DNA from: Utricularia gibba
Taxonomy: Eukaryota; Plantae; Magnoliophyta
Assembly (NCBI GenBank): GCA_002189035.1
Contig: NEEC01000017.1
Location: 682,001 to 746,000, forward strand
DNA: 64,000 nt
Direction of reading: 5' to 3'
The position numbers and the translations under genes were made by a program. Positions 12,779 to 24,681 of this stretch are shown here, one piece after another. Within the stretch, counting starts at the first letter, position 1; every line of letters begins with the position of its first letter. The notes beneath the pieces were generated by a model that was given only the letters and a program-made list of their open reading frames with translations, was not told the origin of the DNA and did not search any database.

Positions 12779-15700
12779 ATGGGGCGTTCCCGCGCTGCCT
12801 ATCACGCCGGTGCCGCCGATGATCTAGGGCAGAGGTTTGAAAGCTACATGTCACAGCTGCATTTCGTACCTATTGTCCATAAACCTAATCCCTTTCTTAG
12901 TTTGATTAAAAAACAGTAGCCAAAGAATAGGCTTCGAACTACTTGAAATTTGGAAAGGAGTTGCGTTGGGGTTCTGGCAATACTTTTGATTCTACATGTT
13001 TTTGGCAATACCTTTGATTCTACATGTTTTTGGCAATACCTTTGATTCTACATGTTTTTGGCAATACTTTTGGTTCTGGCTTAGAACTGACATTTAATTT
13101 ACAAACCTTTTATAGCAAGCACAAGAGAAAGAAGACATCCAATAACGGGGACAGTGCAGGGGGTGTTGCTACTGGTATGGATAAGCACAAAAAAAAAGGA
13201 ACTTCACACGTTTATTCTGGAAAAAATATCATCTAGTGTCTGAATTAGTTAATTATTTATACGATGAATTTTCAGGGATAAATGACTTGGAGAAGGCGCT
13301 TTACCACTGCAACTACTGCAACAAAGACATTTCCGGAAACCTTCGGGTGAAATGTGTGAATTGTTCTGATTTTGACCTATGCATTGAATGCTTTTCGGTT
13401 GGAGCTGAAGTGCATCCTCATAAAAGCAGTCACCCATACAGAATCATGGTATCCTAATCTGCAGGATACAGTGATATCATTATTTTGCTGTCAACGCATA
13501 TACAAGAGTAAAAGCTCTTTGAAACATGGGCTGTGTTCCAATGCTTAAATTCCACTTTCGTGTTCGGCATGGATATTTTCTTAATGTTTCCCGTAAAACT
13601 GGTGGAAATATCACCAAAGTGTATATGATTCTTGAATTTCTAGCAAAGTAGTGGCATTATCAATTGCTCTTTCTGTTTTACATTAAATCCTTCCAAATTC
13701 AACAGGACAACTTGGCATTTCCTTTGATATGTGCTGACTGGAATGCGGATGAGGAGATGTTGCTTTTAGAGGTACTTTATCACTTTGCGATATCTTGATC
13801 GCTTTGGACTCTTAGAAACTTAGAGGTAATTTTATTCTGTGTGCACATATTGAATTTTCCTTTTCCAGGGTATTGAGATGTATGGTCTTGGTAATTGGAA
13901 CCAAGTTGGAGAACATGTTGGAACAAAGAACAGATCACAGTGTGTTTATCATTATGACAGAATTTATATGGATTCCCCTTGCTTTCCTCTCCCGGTACTT
14001 TATTCCAATTTCATAAATTCACACCCCTTTTCCTTCTGGTCTTTAAGTGAACAATCTTAATCAAACTACAATTCATGTGTCAGTAGGATATGTCACACGT
14101 GATGGGGAAGAGCAGAGAGGATCTTCTTTCCATGGCCAGAGAAGAAGGTGTTCATTCAGACTTATTATTATTATTATTATTGAGAAAAGAGTGATTTCTC
14201 TTTGTTCATTGTGTTTGCCCTTCTTCTGTGATATAAAATACGCCAAACGGAAACAAATTTCTCATTCTTCAGTTTTTTTTACGCTGATTAATCGAGTTAG
14301 AGAATATCAAAATTCAAGCTCCTTATCAGAAAACGTTCAGTTGTTTATGTTTCATGTAACATCCTATTTCGATTGTATAGTTTTTGCTATATTGGAGCTC
14401 ATAAAAATGTTTCGCTGATGCCTGGTTCTTGCTAACTTCTATCTCTTAACTCATCAAACAAGTGGCTTAGCTTCCATTATTTTTTTCTCTGCCATATAGC
14501 ATTCATTAGTTTGATTACCTCAGGTTGTTCAACTCCACAAGATATCAGTATGAAAGAAGAGGTCACATTCCCATCAACAGTCAAGTATGTAACTAGAAAA
14601 AAAAAAATTCCCCAAGTTCATGTTCCCAGTTGAGTATGTGGTTTTCTTCATACGCACAGTTTGATGTAATTATTTGTTCAGGATTGAAGACATCAGTAAA
14701 GAGGACCAAGCTAGACGTTCCTCATCAAGTAAATCATCTGGTATGTAAGTTGTGTGTAATCTGATCAAGAGCATTTTTTTAAAAGCAACTTAGCAATAAA
14801 GTGCATTTTTGGATACTATCCTTTTGAGCGATGTGCATGCCCGTCTACTGTCTTACTGGTGGCAAATTTTCATCAGGTATAAGTAAGGGAGCTTCTGATG
14901 ACGCCCTGGGAAATGATACTACTACTGGTGCCATTAAAGGGAAGGCAAGCAATCTTTATTTTCATTGCTCAGAGCATTTTAGATTTGTGGTACAAGAAAT
15001 TTAGTTAACTGTTTCATGTTCAATTTTTAAGTTAGGTACACATGCATCTTTGGGACCATTTTTGAATTTCTAATGAATGGTTCAAGGTTCAATGTTAAAG
15101 CGGCAGGTTTTCTCTAATGTTTCTCGCAGACAGGAGTGTTGGAGAAAAGAAACCTAGAACATCAGACGAGGGAGGTGTTTCTCTGAAAGAATTAAGCGGG
15201 TATAATTTTAAGAGGCAAGAGTTCGAAATAGAGTATGACAATGATGCTGAGCAATTGCTGGCTGATATGGAATTCAAGGATACAGATACTGAATATGAAC
15301 GCCAAGTGAAACTACAGGTTCTGCAGATTTATTCAAAACGGTATTGTTTTTTTTAGTTTATTTTCTTATTAATTTATATATGTTCATTTTACATTTAACT
15401 AATAGAACTGTGATAATTTAGGCTTGATGAAAGAAAAAGAAGGAAAAACTTCATCTTGGATAGGAACATGCTGGTTCCTGCCCCCTTTCGTCATGATCTT
15501 ACTGCAGAAGAGAAAGAACTGTGTCGGCAGTATAGGGTATTCATGAGGTTTCATTCTAAAGAGGATCACAATAATTTTCTGGACAGCATTGTTGAGCACG
15601 GACGTATTGTTAAAAGAATACAGGAACTTCAGGTATTGTACATTTCATGCAGTTTCTGTTCATTCTTATAAGCCGTTTTTGTAAGAGTACCGCACTTGCA

Positions 15701-16323
15701 GGAAGCTCGAGCTGCTGGTTGCCGCACATCCGCTGAGGCTAGAAAGTATGTCGACCAGAAATCTAAAAAGGGGTCGGGGGAAAGTGCCCGGATAATGAAG
15801 GAAAGCCCCCAGTCAGTTTCGACTGGCAATCATTTGCAGAATTCTGATCAGGATATACGAGCTCAAGGTTCTAACACCTCTGGTCAATACTTTCTGACAG
15901 ACTCATTGGCAAAGCTTGTGATCTAAATTTTCATTATTTCGCAGATAGTTGGGACATAACTGGATTTCTTGGTTCCGATCTACTTTCAGATGCCGTAAGA
16001 TCAATTTCCTACGAGTGTGCGCTGAATAATGGAATCATTGTTTATTTTGAGCGCATGCAAAAAGATCATGCTGTTCTGCTTTTGTTTCATTTTTAACCTT
16101 CGTAGCTTATGGTCTTAAAACTGGTTGTCTGCAGGAGAAAAAGCTTTGTGCAGAGAGGAGAATCTTGCCCATACATTATCTTGACATGCTCCAAACCATC
16201 TCAGCCGGCATTGCAGAGGGAAACATTACCAAGAAAGCAGATGCTCATGAACTGTTCCATGTTGATCCTGAAAAAGTTGACGAAGTCTATGAGCTTCTCA
16301 TAACAAGGGGCTTCGCCCAATAA
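12779..16323 (+). CDS. ADA2: Transcriptional adapter ADA2 (SAGA complex; ZZ zinc finger, SANT, SWIRM)
   Basis: About 14 exons: MGRSR start, [75 protein letters not shown], and a SWIRM ending VDEVYELLITRGFAQ*. The junction near 14930-15130 is not resolved with certainty. Confidence 0.94.
12975..13071. repeat. Tandem repeat, 28-bp unit x about 3.5, in ADA2 intron 1
   Basis: TGGCAATAC(C/T)TTTGATTCTACATGTTTT starts at 12975, 13003 and 13031, with a partial copy at 13059. Confidence 0.95.
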
Positions 16324-16520
16324 TGACCTGCTTCTCTCAGATTCAACTTTCCCGAATGTCAAAAACACATCAATTAGCAAGGAGAAGCTGGTTCCGTACA
16401 CACATTTTTCAGTAATCAGTTCTTTTGTTCTTCATGCCATGGCTTTCCAAGCTGCAAGTAGCTTCTTTACACAACTTGAGGAGTCAATGAATGAATCACT
16501 GCTGGCGTACAAATCCCAGA

Positions 16521-19461
16521 CTACAACGAAGTCCGTTTCTCAATTGCATATTTCATTTTGCTGATGAAGTCATCGACAGGCATTGTTCCCAGTTCTCCGG
16601 TGAGCCTGGACCGGACCGTCACCGTTTTGGCTTCCACCTCCTTCGGCCCCACGACAGCCATCAGCGGAATCTTGAGCTTCTCCGAGTTCCTAATCAGCTT
16701 CGCCAGCCGCTCGCCACTGCAAACTTCAGCCCGGATGCCTATTGCTTTCAGCTGGCTGCAGACCTGGTAGCAGTACTCCAGCTGGTGGAAGCCGAGATCA
16801 TTAGGATTTGTACTAAAAGGGCATTTATGTTTCTCAACGAAGAAAGAGCTCATGTTACCTCGGAATCAGTTACTGGCAAAAGTCGAGTTTGAATTGGGGA
16901 GAGCCACAGCGGAAAATCACCAGCATAATGCTCTATGAGAACACCAAAAAACCGCTCCAGGGAACCAAGAACTGCCCGGTGAATCATTATAGGCTGCTTT
17001 TTCTCTTGATTGGAGTCGACATAAGAGATGTCGAAGCGCCGAGGCAAGTTGAAGTCCACCTGTTTGAAAGAAGTTCCCTTTAGTTGCAGTACAGAAGCTA
17101 GCAAGAAGAAGCTAACTAGTTACAGTGAGGATCAGATGCCTGTCACCTGTATGGTTGAGCACTGCCATTTTCTTCCGAGTGCGTCTTCTATTTTAAGGTC
17201 AATTTTGGGACCATAAAAGGCACCCCCACCGTCATCGATCTGATAACTCCAACCTTTGTCGTTTAAAGCATCTTTCAGTGCAGTTGTTGCCTTCTCCCAG
17301 ATATCATCATCCCCAACAGATTTCTCTGGTCTAGTTGAGAGGTTCACTTCATATTTGTTGAAGCCGAACAGCAGCAATATTTCCTCAGTAAGATCAAGGA
17401 CACCCCGGATTTCGTCTCTAATTTGATTGTCTAAACAGAATATGTGGGCATCATCCTGTAAAGCTACCATAGAACACATTGAGTCAAGTGGATTGATTGA
17501 CAGATGAAGAAAAGCACCACAAGTGAGGATCTGATTAGCACAAGAATGTTTTCAAATTATGGTACAGGGGGGTAAAAGGTGATCATGCCCAAGTTTTCTC
17601 AAATGGTTTGCTCAAGGAATGCGGAGAAAGACAAAAGCATACCTGTGTAAATCCCCTTACTCGAAAGAGGCCATGCAAGCTCCCTGACAATTCATATCTG
17701 TACACTGTGCCAAGCTCCGCAACCCTTATTGGGAGGTCTCTGTACGAGTGAAGTTTGTTTTTGTAGACTAATATGTGGTAAGGACAATTCATAGGCCGAA
17801 GTTGATACAGTTCCTCCTCTACACCCATCTGATCAAACATGTTCTCCTTATAAAAATCAAGATGGCCACTAATCTTCCAAAGATCTGCCTTGGCTACATG
17901 AGGAGTATACAGCAGATCATATCCACGCTGAATGTGAATCTTTTTCCAAGCATCTTCGATTATGTGCCGTATCATAGCACCTTTGGGGTGCCAGAAAACC
18001 AAACCTCCGCCTGCATCATCCTGCATAAACTTGTCTAATATCAGCATTCAACTTCTGGTAGTCCGAGGAGAGATTCAAATGTACATCAGCAGGACAGTAG
18101 ACTCAAGATAGCTGAGAACCATCATCCGGATACCTGGATAGAAAACAAATCAAGGTCAAGGCCAATTCGACGGTGGTCACGCCTTTTAGCCTCCTCCTTG
18201 AGTTGAAGATACAGTTTTAGTTGTTCTTCATTTTCCCATGCAGTGCCATATATCCTCTGCAACATGGGCTTATTTGTATCTCCTCTCCAATAGGCCCCAG
18301 CAACAGACTCAAGCTCAAATGCTTTTGTACTAATACTCCCAGTAGTTTCAACATGAGGCCCAGCACAAAGATCCCACCATTCATTCCCTGTGCATCATTA
18401 TGGACTAAAGACTTTATAAAACTTGGAAGGAGATACAAATGCATGGCCTTGGTCCAGATACAAGACTCACAAGAAAATATTATCATCCTTCTGGAAACAT
18501 GTAAAAAGAATAGCAGAACATCCATCACCCTGTAGTCATATTAAAAGGAAGGAAAGGAATCACCTATGTGATATATGGTTATAGGCTCCTGTTTGATGCT
18601 CTCCAATATGTCCATCTTGTATGGCTCATTGATGGCCATTATCCGTCTTCCAGCCTCCTCCCTACTCACTTCTTCTCGAATCAGAGGAAAATTTTTACGA
18701 ATAATGCTATCCTGCATACCCACCAAGACATAATTCATCAAACCAGAACCACAGCCTGACTTTATTCACTTCTACACTATCATTGCCAGGAAATTGAGGA
18801 AAGCGAATAGTGGCCTAAACATGGGGGTACAAGAAGACAGTAATTACCATCTCTTTCTTGATTTTCTTAAGGTCCTGATCCGTCAGGGGCTCCATATCAA
18901 AATCATAATAAAAACCATGTTCGATCCACGGTCCAATTGTCACTTTAGCATTCGGATATATCTTCTGGACAGCCATCGCCATGACATGAGCACACTGCAT
19001 TCACCAACAATTTACTGATGATTACTTGTAACTTACAAACGAGAATGCATAAGGAGACCCACATCCCATGCAGCAACCATCATGCCATTCCCATTTCCAG
19101 ATTCTAGTGGGAACTAAACGAGGAAGAGGTCTTGAAAGTAGCAAAGGAATGGAAGACCCGAAAATACGATAGAAAAACCACTAACGGTGTGTCGAATTCT
19201 GAGTAGCCTCTCCGATGACTGATTAGTAGGGAGGACAATTTGACCCTCCACGGCAGTGGGGACCGTAACGTCGGTGGCAACGGCGGAGAATCTAGCCTTC
19301 CGAAGTATCATCTTATCCGCAGCGTGGAAGGTTGTAGGCTTCGGGGCATAAGAAAAAGAGTGGCAGAGGGGATTTACGCCACGGAGATAAGCAACGGGTG
19401 AAAGACGGTTGCAGAGGAGGAAGGCGGCGGAGCGTGGTACGGATCCCGCCGCCATTGCCAT
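16521..19461 (-). CDS. thrS: Threonyl-tRNA synthetase, chloroplastic/mitochondrial (EMB2761-like)
   Basis: Transit peptide, then [98 protein letters not shown] and the anticodon-binding domain. All introns GT-AG and in frame. Confidence 0.96.
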
Positions 19462-19805
19462 TGCACTCTGCGCGTGTGTGAGTGGATGATAAATGATACC
19501 CCTTGCTGCCCAGTATGTGGTGATAACCGAGCCTCCCATTGACTGACTACTTTTGTGGGCGAGCGCAAAGCTCAATTTTTAGGCGAGACCCCAACCCCAT
19601 TCAACTCGATTCTGCACCGGATTCGAATTGGGATTCGATCTAAACACGACTTCAACAGAGGACTCGAGATACCCAGTAAACAAAATCTCGACTTGAACCC
19701 ACATCCCATTTCAGACAATTATAAGCAGTGTCAGATAGTTTACATAATGCATTCATGTGTCTCTGTGCAGCAGCGGCCATAAGCTTATCCAATCATGATC
19801 ACTCC

Positions 19806-21684
19806 TCAAGCAAGCCCCTTGAAGCGGGCGTACGAAAATATGGCCAAAAAGATGAGGATCCCCACAAACACTGTCAAAAGAATAACCTGCAGAAAATGAA
19901 TCCGTAACTCATGACCCAATCAATCGCTTACGCAGTAGCAATGTTTTTAGTGTTGGTAATCACTAACCCATTTGAAGACATATGCATGACCCGCGTTCCA
20001 CGTATATGGGATGCTCACTCCAAATATTCCCGCCACCAAGGCGTAAAAAGAAAGACTCAGGCTTCCAGCGGTGAGGAAGAGCTCCAACTGCAAGACGAGA
20101 AGGGTTATGGAAGCCTAAGGTTTCGGAAGGAAAGGAACATGTGGGGTTCAAGATCCGGACCCGAATCAGCTGGTTCCGACGGCTTTCATGCTGTAGATTG
20201 AGAAAAACTAAAATTCACATCTACGTTTCCCGTTAAACTCCGGTGAAAGAGCCGGCAATGGTTACCTGAATATTTATGTATCCTTCTGTGCTATCAATGT
20301 ATTCCCGTAGCTGCCAATGTTGCAGTGCGTGATCCATTCATCAAAGAGTTTCTTAAAGGTTGCAATGGTATGGTGAACGAGTTGGGTACCTTAGCTAATC
20401 TGTTCAGCGTCCCGTCCATGTGCATGAAGCAAGCCTGCAGTGCAGAAGCAAGATGATTTTCAAATCCCTGTAACGATGAACACTCCTAAATGTTTGGTAC
20501 CTCGAACAGCATTTCGAGTTGTTCGACATCATTCGGGTGCACTTGAACTGTGGCAATACTGGCAATGCTGCTGCCATCCATGGACGTCTCCAGGTCAGAA
20601 AGTGGACGGATTGGATCCCTTGAGGTGTTTTTCGATAGATGAAGATCTTCCATATGATTGTCGCCATCCAACAGATGCTCTAGCTCGTCTCGCAGCTAAA
20701 TGAATGCAAGAAGGGAACTGCTCCATGTACTGAAATGAGTAGTTTAGTCACAAAAAAGGTGGGATGCCGCTACCTTTTGCACACGAGTTGTCAGTCTAGT
20801 CATTTGGCTCTTTAGCTTCCGCACACGATCTAAGTTGCCGCTGGAGACCTTCAAAACCCAGCAGCATGTTGCAGTCCGGAGACTAAAGGTCAGGAATTCA
20901 GATAAATTCTTGTGCTCAAAATTTCAACTCGCCTTGGATGTGAGCATGTCTAGGGCCGGGTAGATGGCGGCCTCCAAGTCCGTCGTGCGGGTGGAAAGGT
21001 AACTGCAAATGGACTCCAAAGCAGCCTCCAGCGCCAGTAGCTCAAATGGAGAACCTGCTATAGTTCAGGGCCATATGACAGAAGCTAATATCGTTGTGGT
21101 TCATGATAAGAAAATAAGAAACACCTTCGCCATTTTCTTTGTTTGGCTGCTGCTGCTGCTGCATCTGGATATTCTGCTCCCGCTCTGCATTCAGAGGCCT
21201 TATGCGCCTCCGCAGATCCTTCACCACCGGCTCAACATCCTCATCCATTGGATCACGTAGAAATATCTGCATTTTGCAGGCATATGGCAGCAACTGAATA
21301 TGTGTTTTCTGATGGCATGTTGAGAGGAGGCTGAGGCATACCTCTCTGGATGTGATGATCGCCTTGATATGCTGTCAACATTCCATCCAACCCATAAAAA
21401 CAGAAGCAGTAGAAATGCTTGATAACAACAGGGTGCACTCAGGACATTTACTTCACCTCAAGGTTGACGACAATTGCTCTCTTCCGCCTGAGGATGGCCG
21501 AGGGATACGACAACTGCGGATCGAGAACCCGAAGATCCCTCGCATGTATCTGCAGCCGTTGCATCATTGCGTATTTATCGACGTCGAGAAAAGCTTCTTG
21601 GCCGGAAGAGTCCATCAGAATCCAAGTCCGCGAGCCAGCTGCAGCACCTATCTTCATCCCAGAACCATCCTCTGGATCATCCAT
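19806..21684 (-). CDS. CorA/MRS2/MGT-family cation transporter, MRS2-2/-7/-8-type exon structure, with non-canonical GVS in place of GMN
   Basis: About 11 exons in frame: [79 protein letters not shown], and TM2 ending YARFKGLA*. Confidence 0.92.
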
Positions 21685-22440
21685 TGGCGGTGCAGTGCAG
21701 TGCTTGCCCCTCCCTAAAGCTTCATCTTTGATCAGATAGCCCAAAAGGGCCAACAATTTAGAGACGCTAATGAAGCCTCTACCGCATCACAATCACAGGC
21801 GTGTCAACGCATTCCGACATCACAACACACGCACACTGCCATTGCATGGTAATAGAAAAGTTTGTAACAGTTAATGAGGGTGGTGTCATATTTTAGACGT
21901 CTAAAGGCAACTACGTTGACTTCTGCAACAACTCTTTCAGCATGCATTCGAGTGAGGTTACACCACAGTCTCACAGAATGTGGATTGTGGGGGTGCAAGT
22001 GGAAAAGCTCGAGCTAATGGGAGGAGAAAGCGGGCCTCAATCCTCACACAACAATACAGTTCGAAGACTGGGATATCAATGCATGGGTTTGGGAGGGGAT
22101 GATCAATCCAAACACAATTGTTTTTCCAAAATTCGAACTCATGGATTTTAGGTTTTCTGTCATTTAATGCCTTTTTATTCAACCCTGTTGCATTTTTTTT
22201 TTTCCAGAACTGGCACTGGTTGGTATCTAGTATGGGGAGCGGAAATCGTAGTACCATGGATGAAAGGTGATGACATGTATAAAAGTGTGAAGCATCTGGG
22301 GCTTTTACATCCAACCGGTTAAATACCATCCTACAAGAAACTGCAGTTGTGCTGGTTTCATGGTAATGAAAATCTTCCTACAGTCAAGCATCCTGAACTG
22401 TAAAGCAACTCAAACTGGACGGTAGCAAAGGGAGCTTTAC

Positions 22441-24681
22441 TCACATGCCCCAAATGCCACGGGCTGATGCTACTCTAGAATTCGGACGAGTGCTGAGTTC
22501 AAAGAGTATCCGAGCAAATGTGTCCGCGTACCTGGGGTCCATGAAAAGCATTTCTGCAAACGCATTCTCATATGCCAGCAGGAGGGGCTTGTTCTGTGGC
22601 TCCAAAACAAGGTTCTCTAAGATCAAGGCAGCTTTCCTGCAGATTTCTGGTACTGGATGTGGCATTTTAATAACCTTCAGCAACCTATCAATTGCCCTGG
22701 GTTTACAGTGCCACAAACCCATGTGAATGCAAACATCATATGGCAATGATTTAAAGGAATGCATTTGTGTGGAATCCCTACCATCTCTCACTCGCTAGTT
22801 TTAACCGGCAGTCCATGTTAACTTCGACCAGGTTGTAAAGTGCACCAATCGCTGCTGCTTGGGCATCAGCAGCAGGGAAGCTCATAATATCAACCAATCT
22901 CCTGTATATCTGTGACTTGACAAAGATTAATTGTTTTGCCAAGATGCTAAAAGATCAACAGCCGCTGAAAGAAATTTGTAGGTTTTGAAACTGAGGATAC
23001 GGAGAAAAAAAAAAAAAAAAACTGACCCTTGTTGCAAATGGGAGGAGAAAGGGCTCATTATCAGGGTTTAGTGCCAGGCGACCGATTAGTTCAGCAGCAG
23101 CACAGTGCCACCCTCGTACACCAGAACCAAGAATTTCCACCATGGCCTCAACGGCTCGTTTGTCACTGGAGAGGTGAACATGACAAACAATCAGAGATCA
23201 AAAGAACGAAGAAATATTTTTGAGCAGAAAATTGCAGTAGCATTACGTCATTTTGATGAAAGAAGGTTTTGATGAGGTAAATATTCGTAGGTCAATCAAC
23301 GGCCCCAAATTCATGATCGTCTCCAGGGCATTTGTAACGAGCTCTTCATCCTCTGTAAACATTCACCATTCAGAAGTTCTAGTAAGAAACGTATGGCAAC
23401 ACAGAATTACAACCACCAGACACAGCAAGTTCTCACGGTCCTTTAACTTCACCAAACAGAAGAATGTAACTCACGTTTATGCTACATAAATTTAAAAGAC
23501 TGAAAATAAATTCAAATCTTCTCACCTGTAACATAATCCTCCAGACACTGGAACATTGTTTCAATGCAATGTCGACTCTGACCCATAGCAATTTCATTCT
23601 CAGTCATAAACGAAAAGTTCCTTATGATGTTTGAAGCAGCTACCGCACACTGCTGCTTTTCCATCCTCCCTTCTTCATCCAGATTAAAAAGACCATCTTC
23701 CTCAAACCACCAAACCGAAGGATGAGGCCTACCATTACCCTTATCACCAGATACCTCATTATTTGATGGAACTGATCCAGCACTACCATTGAGTCATCAA
23801 GTATCAGGATTCAACATACACTGACCCAAATTCATCTATCAAATAAAGTTTGTATGCATTTGAAATTTAAGCAGTCGGTTTTACCCAGGATGAGCAAAGG
23901 AGTCAACAGACTTCAAAGCCTCGTACTCATTTCCAAACCCGTAACAGCAGAGTTTGTCCCCAGCAGTCGTACTCTTGGTCTCTTCATGAGTACTCTTGGG
24001 AGGGCAATATCACGCCAATCATCTATCTGCTCTATTTGGAAACACCCAGATCACGAGCAGCAAAACTCAGTACATATCATGATACACAGGAATAGGTGCT
24101 TACGACTTGGAGCAGAGCATCAAGTAAGCATGGTATCTTGGCAAGAGGAATCGCATCTCTACGCATGTCATCTTTCTCCTTGAAGGAAAGCAATGTAAGA
24201 GCATTTAACGCCCATGTCAATTCACTCTTCAGCCCACTCTGAAGAGCCATAACTATCCGTTTATTATTTTGATCTGGCAATATGACAGCAGACGAAGTAT
24301 GCAATTATAGCCCACACAAAGATGAAAATTACGAGCAAAAAAAGACTAATTTTCTCCCAATATGCGATTAAGGGCAAATGCAAATAGAAACCATTACAAT
24401 TTGCACTTGCATATGATCCCCTGCAGGTGGAAAAATCCACAATCTTTACTCCATGGGCATCACGAAACAATTACCTGCGAACGCGGAGTGAACCTGCAGA
24501 GACGGGCCCAGCAGAGAGAATGGGGCGGCGGAATCGCCCAGCGCAAAATTTGCCGCAGACGCAACTGCTATAGCGGAGCTCCCAGCGCTATTGTTACCGC
24601 TGCCTACCGGACGCCCCCTCTTGGCCGCCGGAGGGCCGAGCCCCCGCCGATTCCTCCTGGCCTGCTTTGTTTCTGCATCAT
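22441..24681 (-). CDS. LFR: Armadillo-repeat protein LFR (LEAF AND FLOWER RELATED, SWI/SNF subunit); two apparent 1-nt frameshifts
   Basis: AKRGRP, NNKRIVMALQSGLKSELTWALN, IDDWRDIALP, WWFEEDGLFNLDEEGR, EDEELVTNALET, and C-terminus FARILFELSTRPNSRVASARGIWGM*. Confidence 0.93.

Noticed and set aside
14925-15130. Possible GC donor (AAG/GCAAGC) or 23-nt micro-intron in ADA2
   Set aside because: The GC donor is in the wrong phase for the next exon, and 23 nt is too short for an intron. A GT donor near 14929 gives a consistent model, so no anomaly can be claimed.
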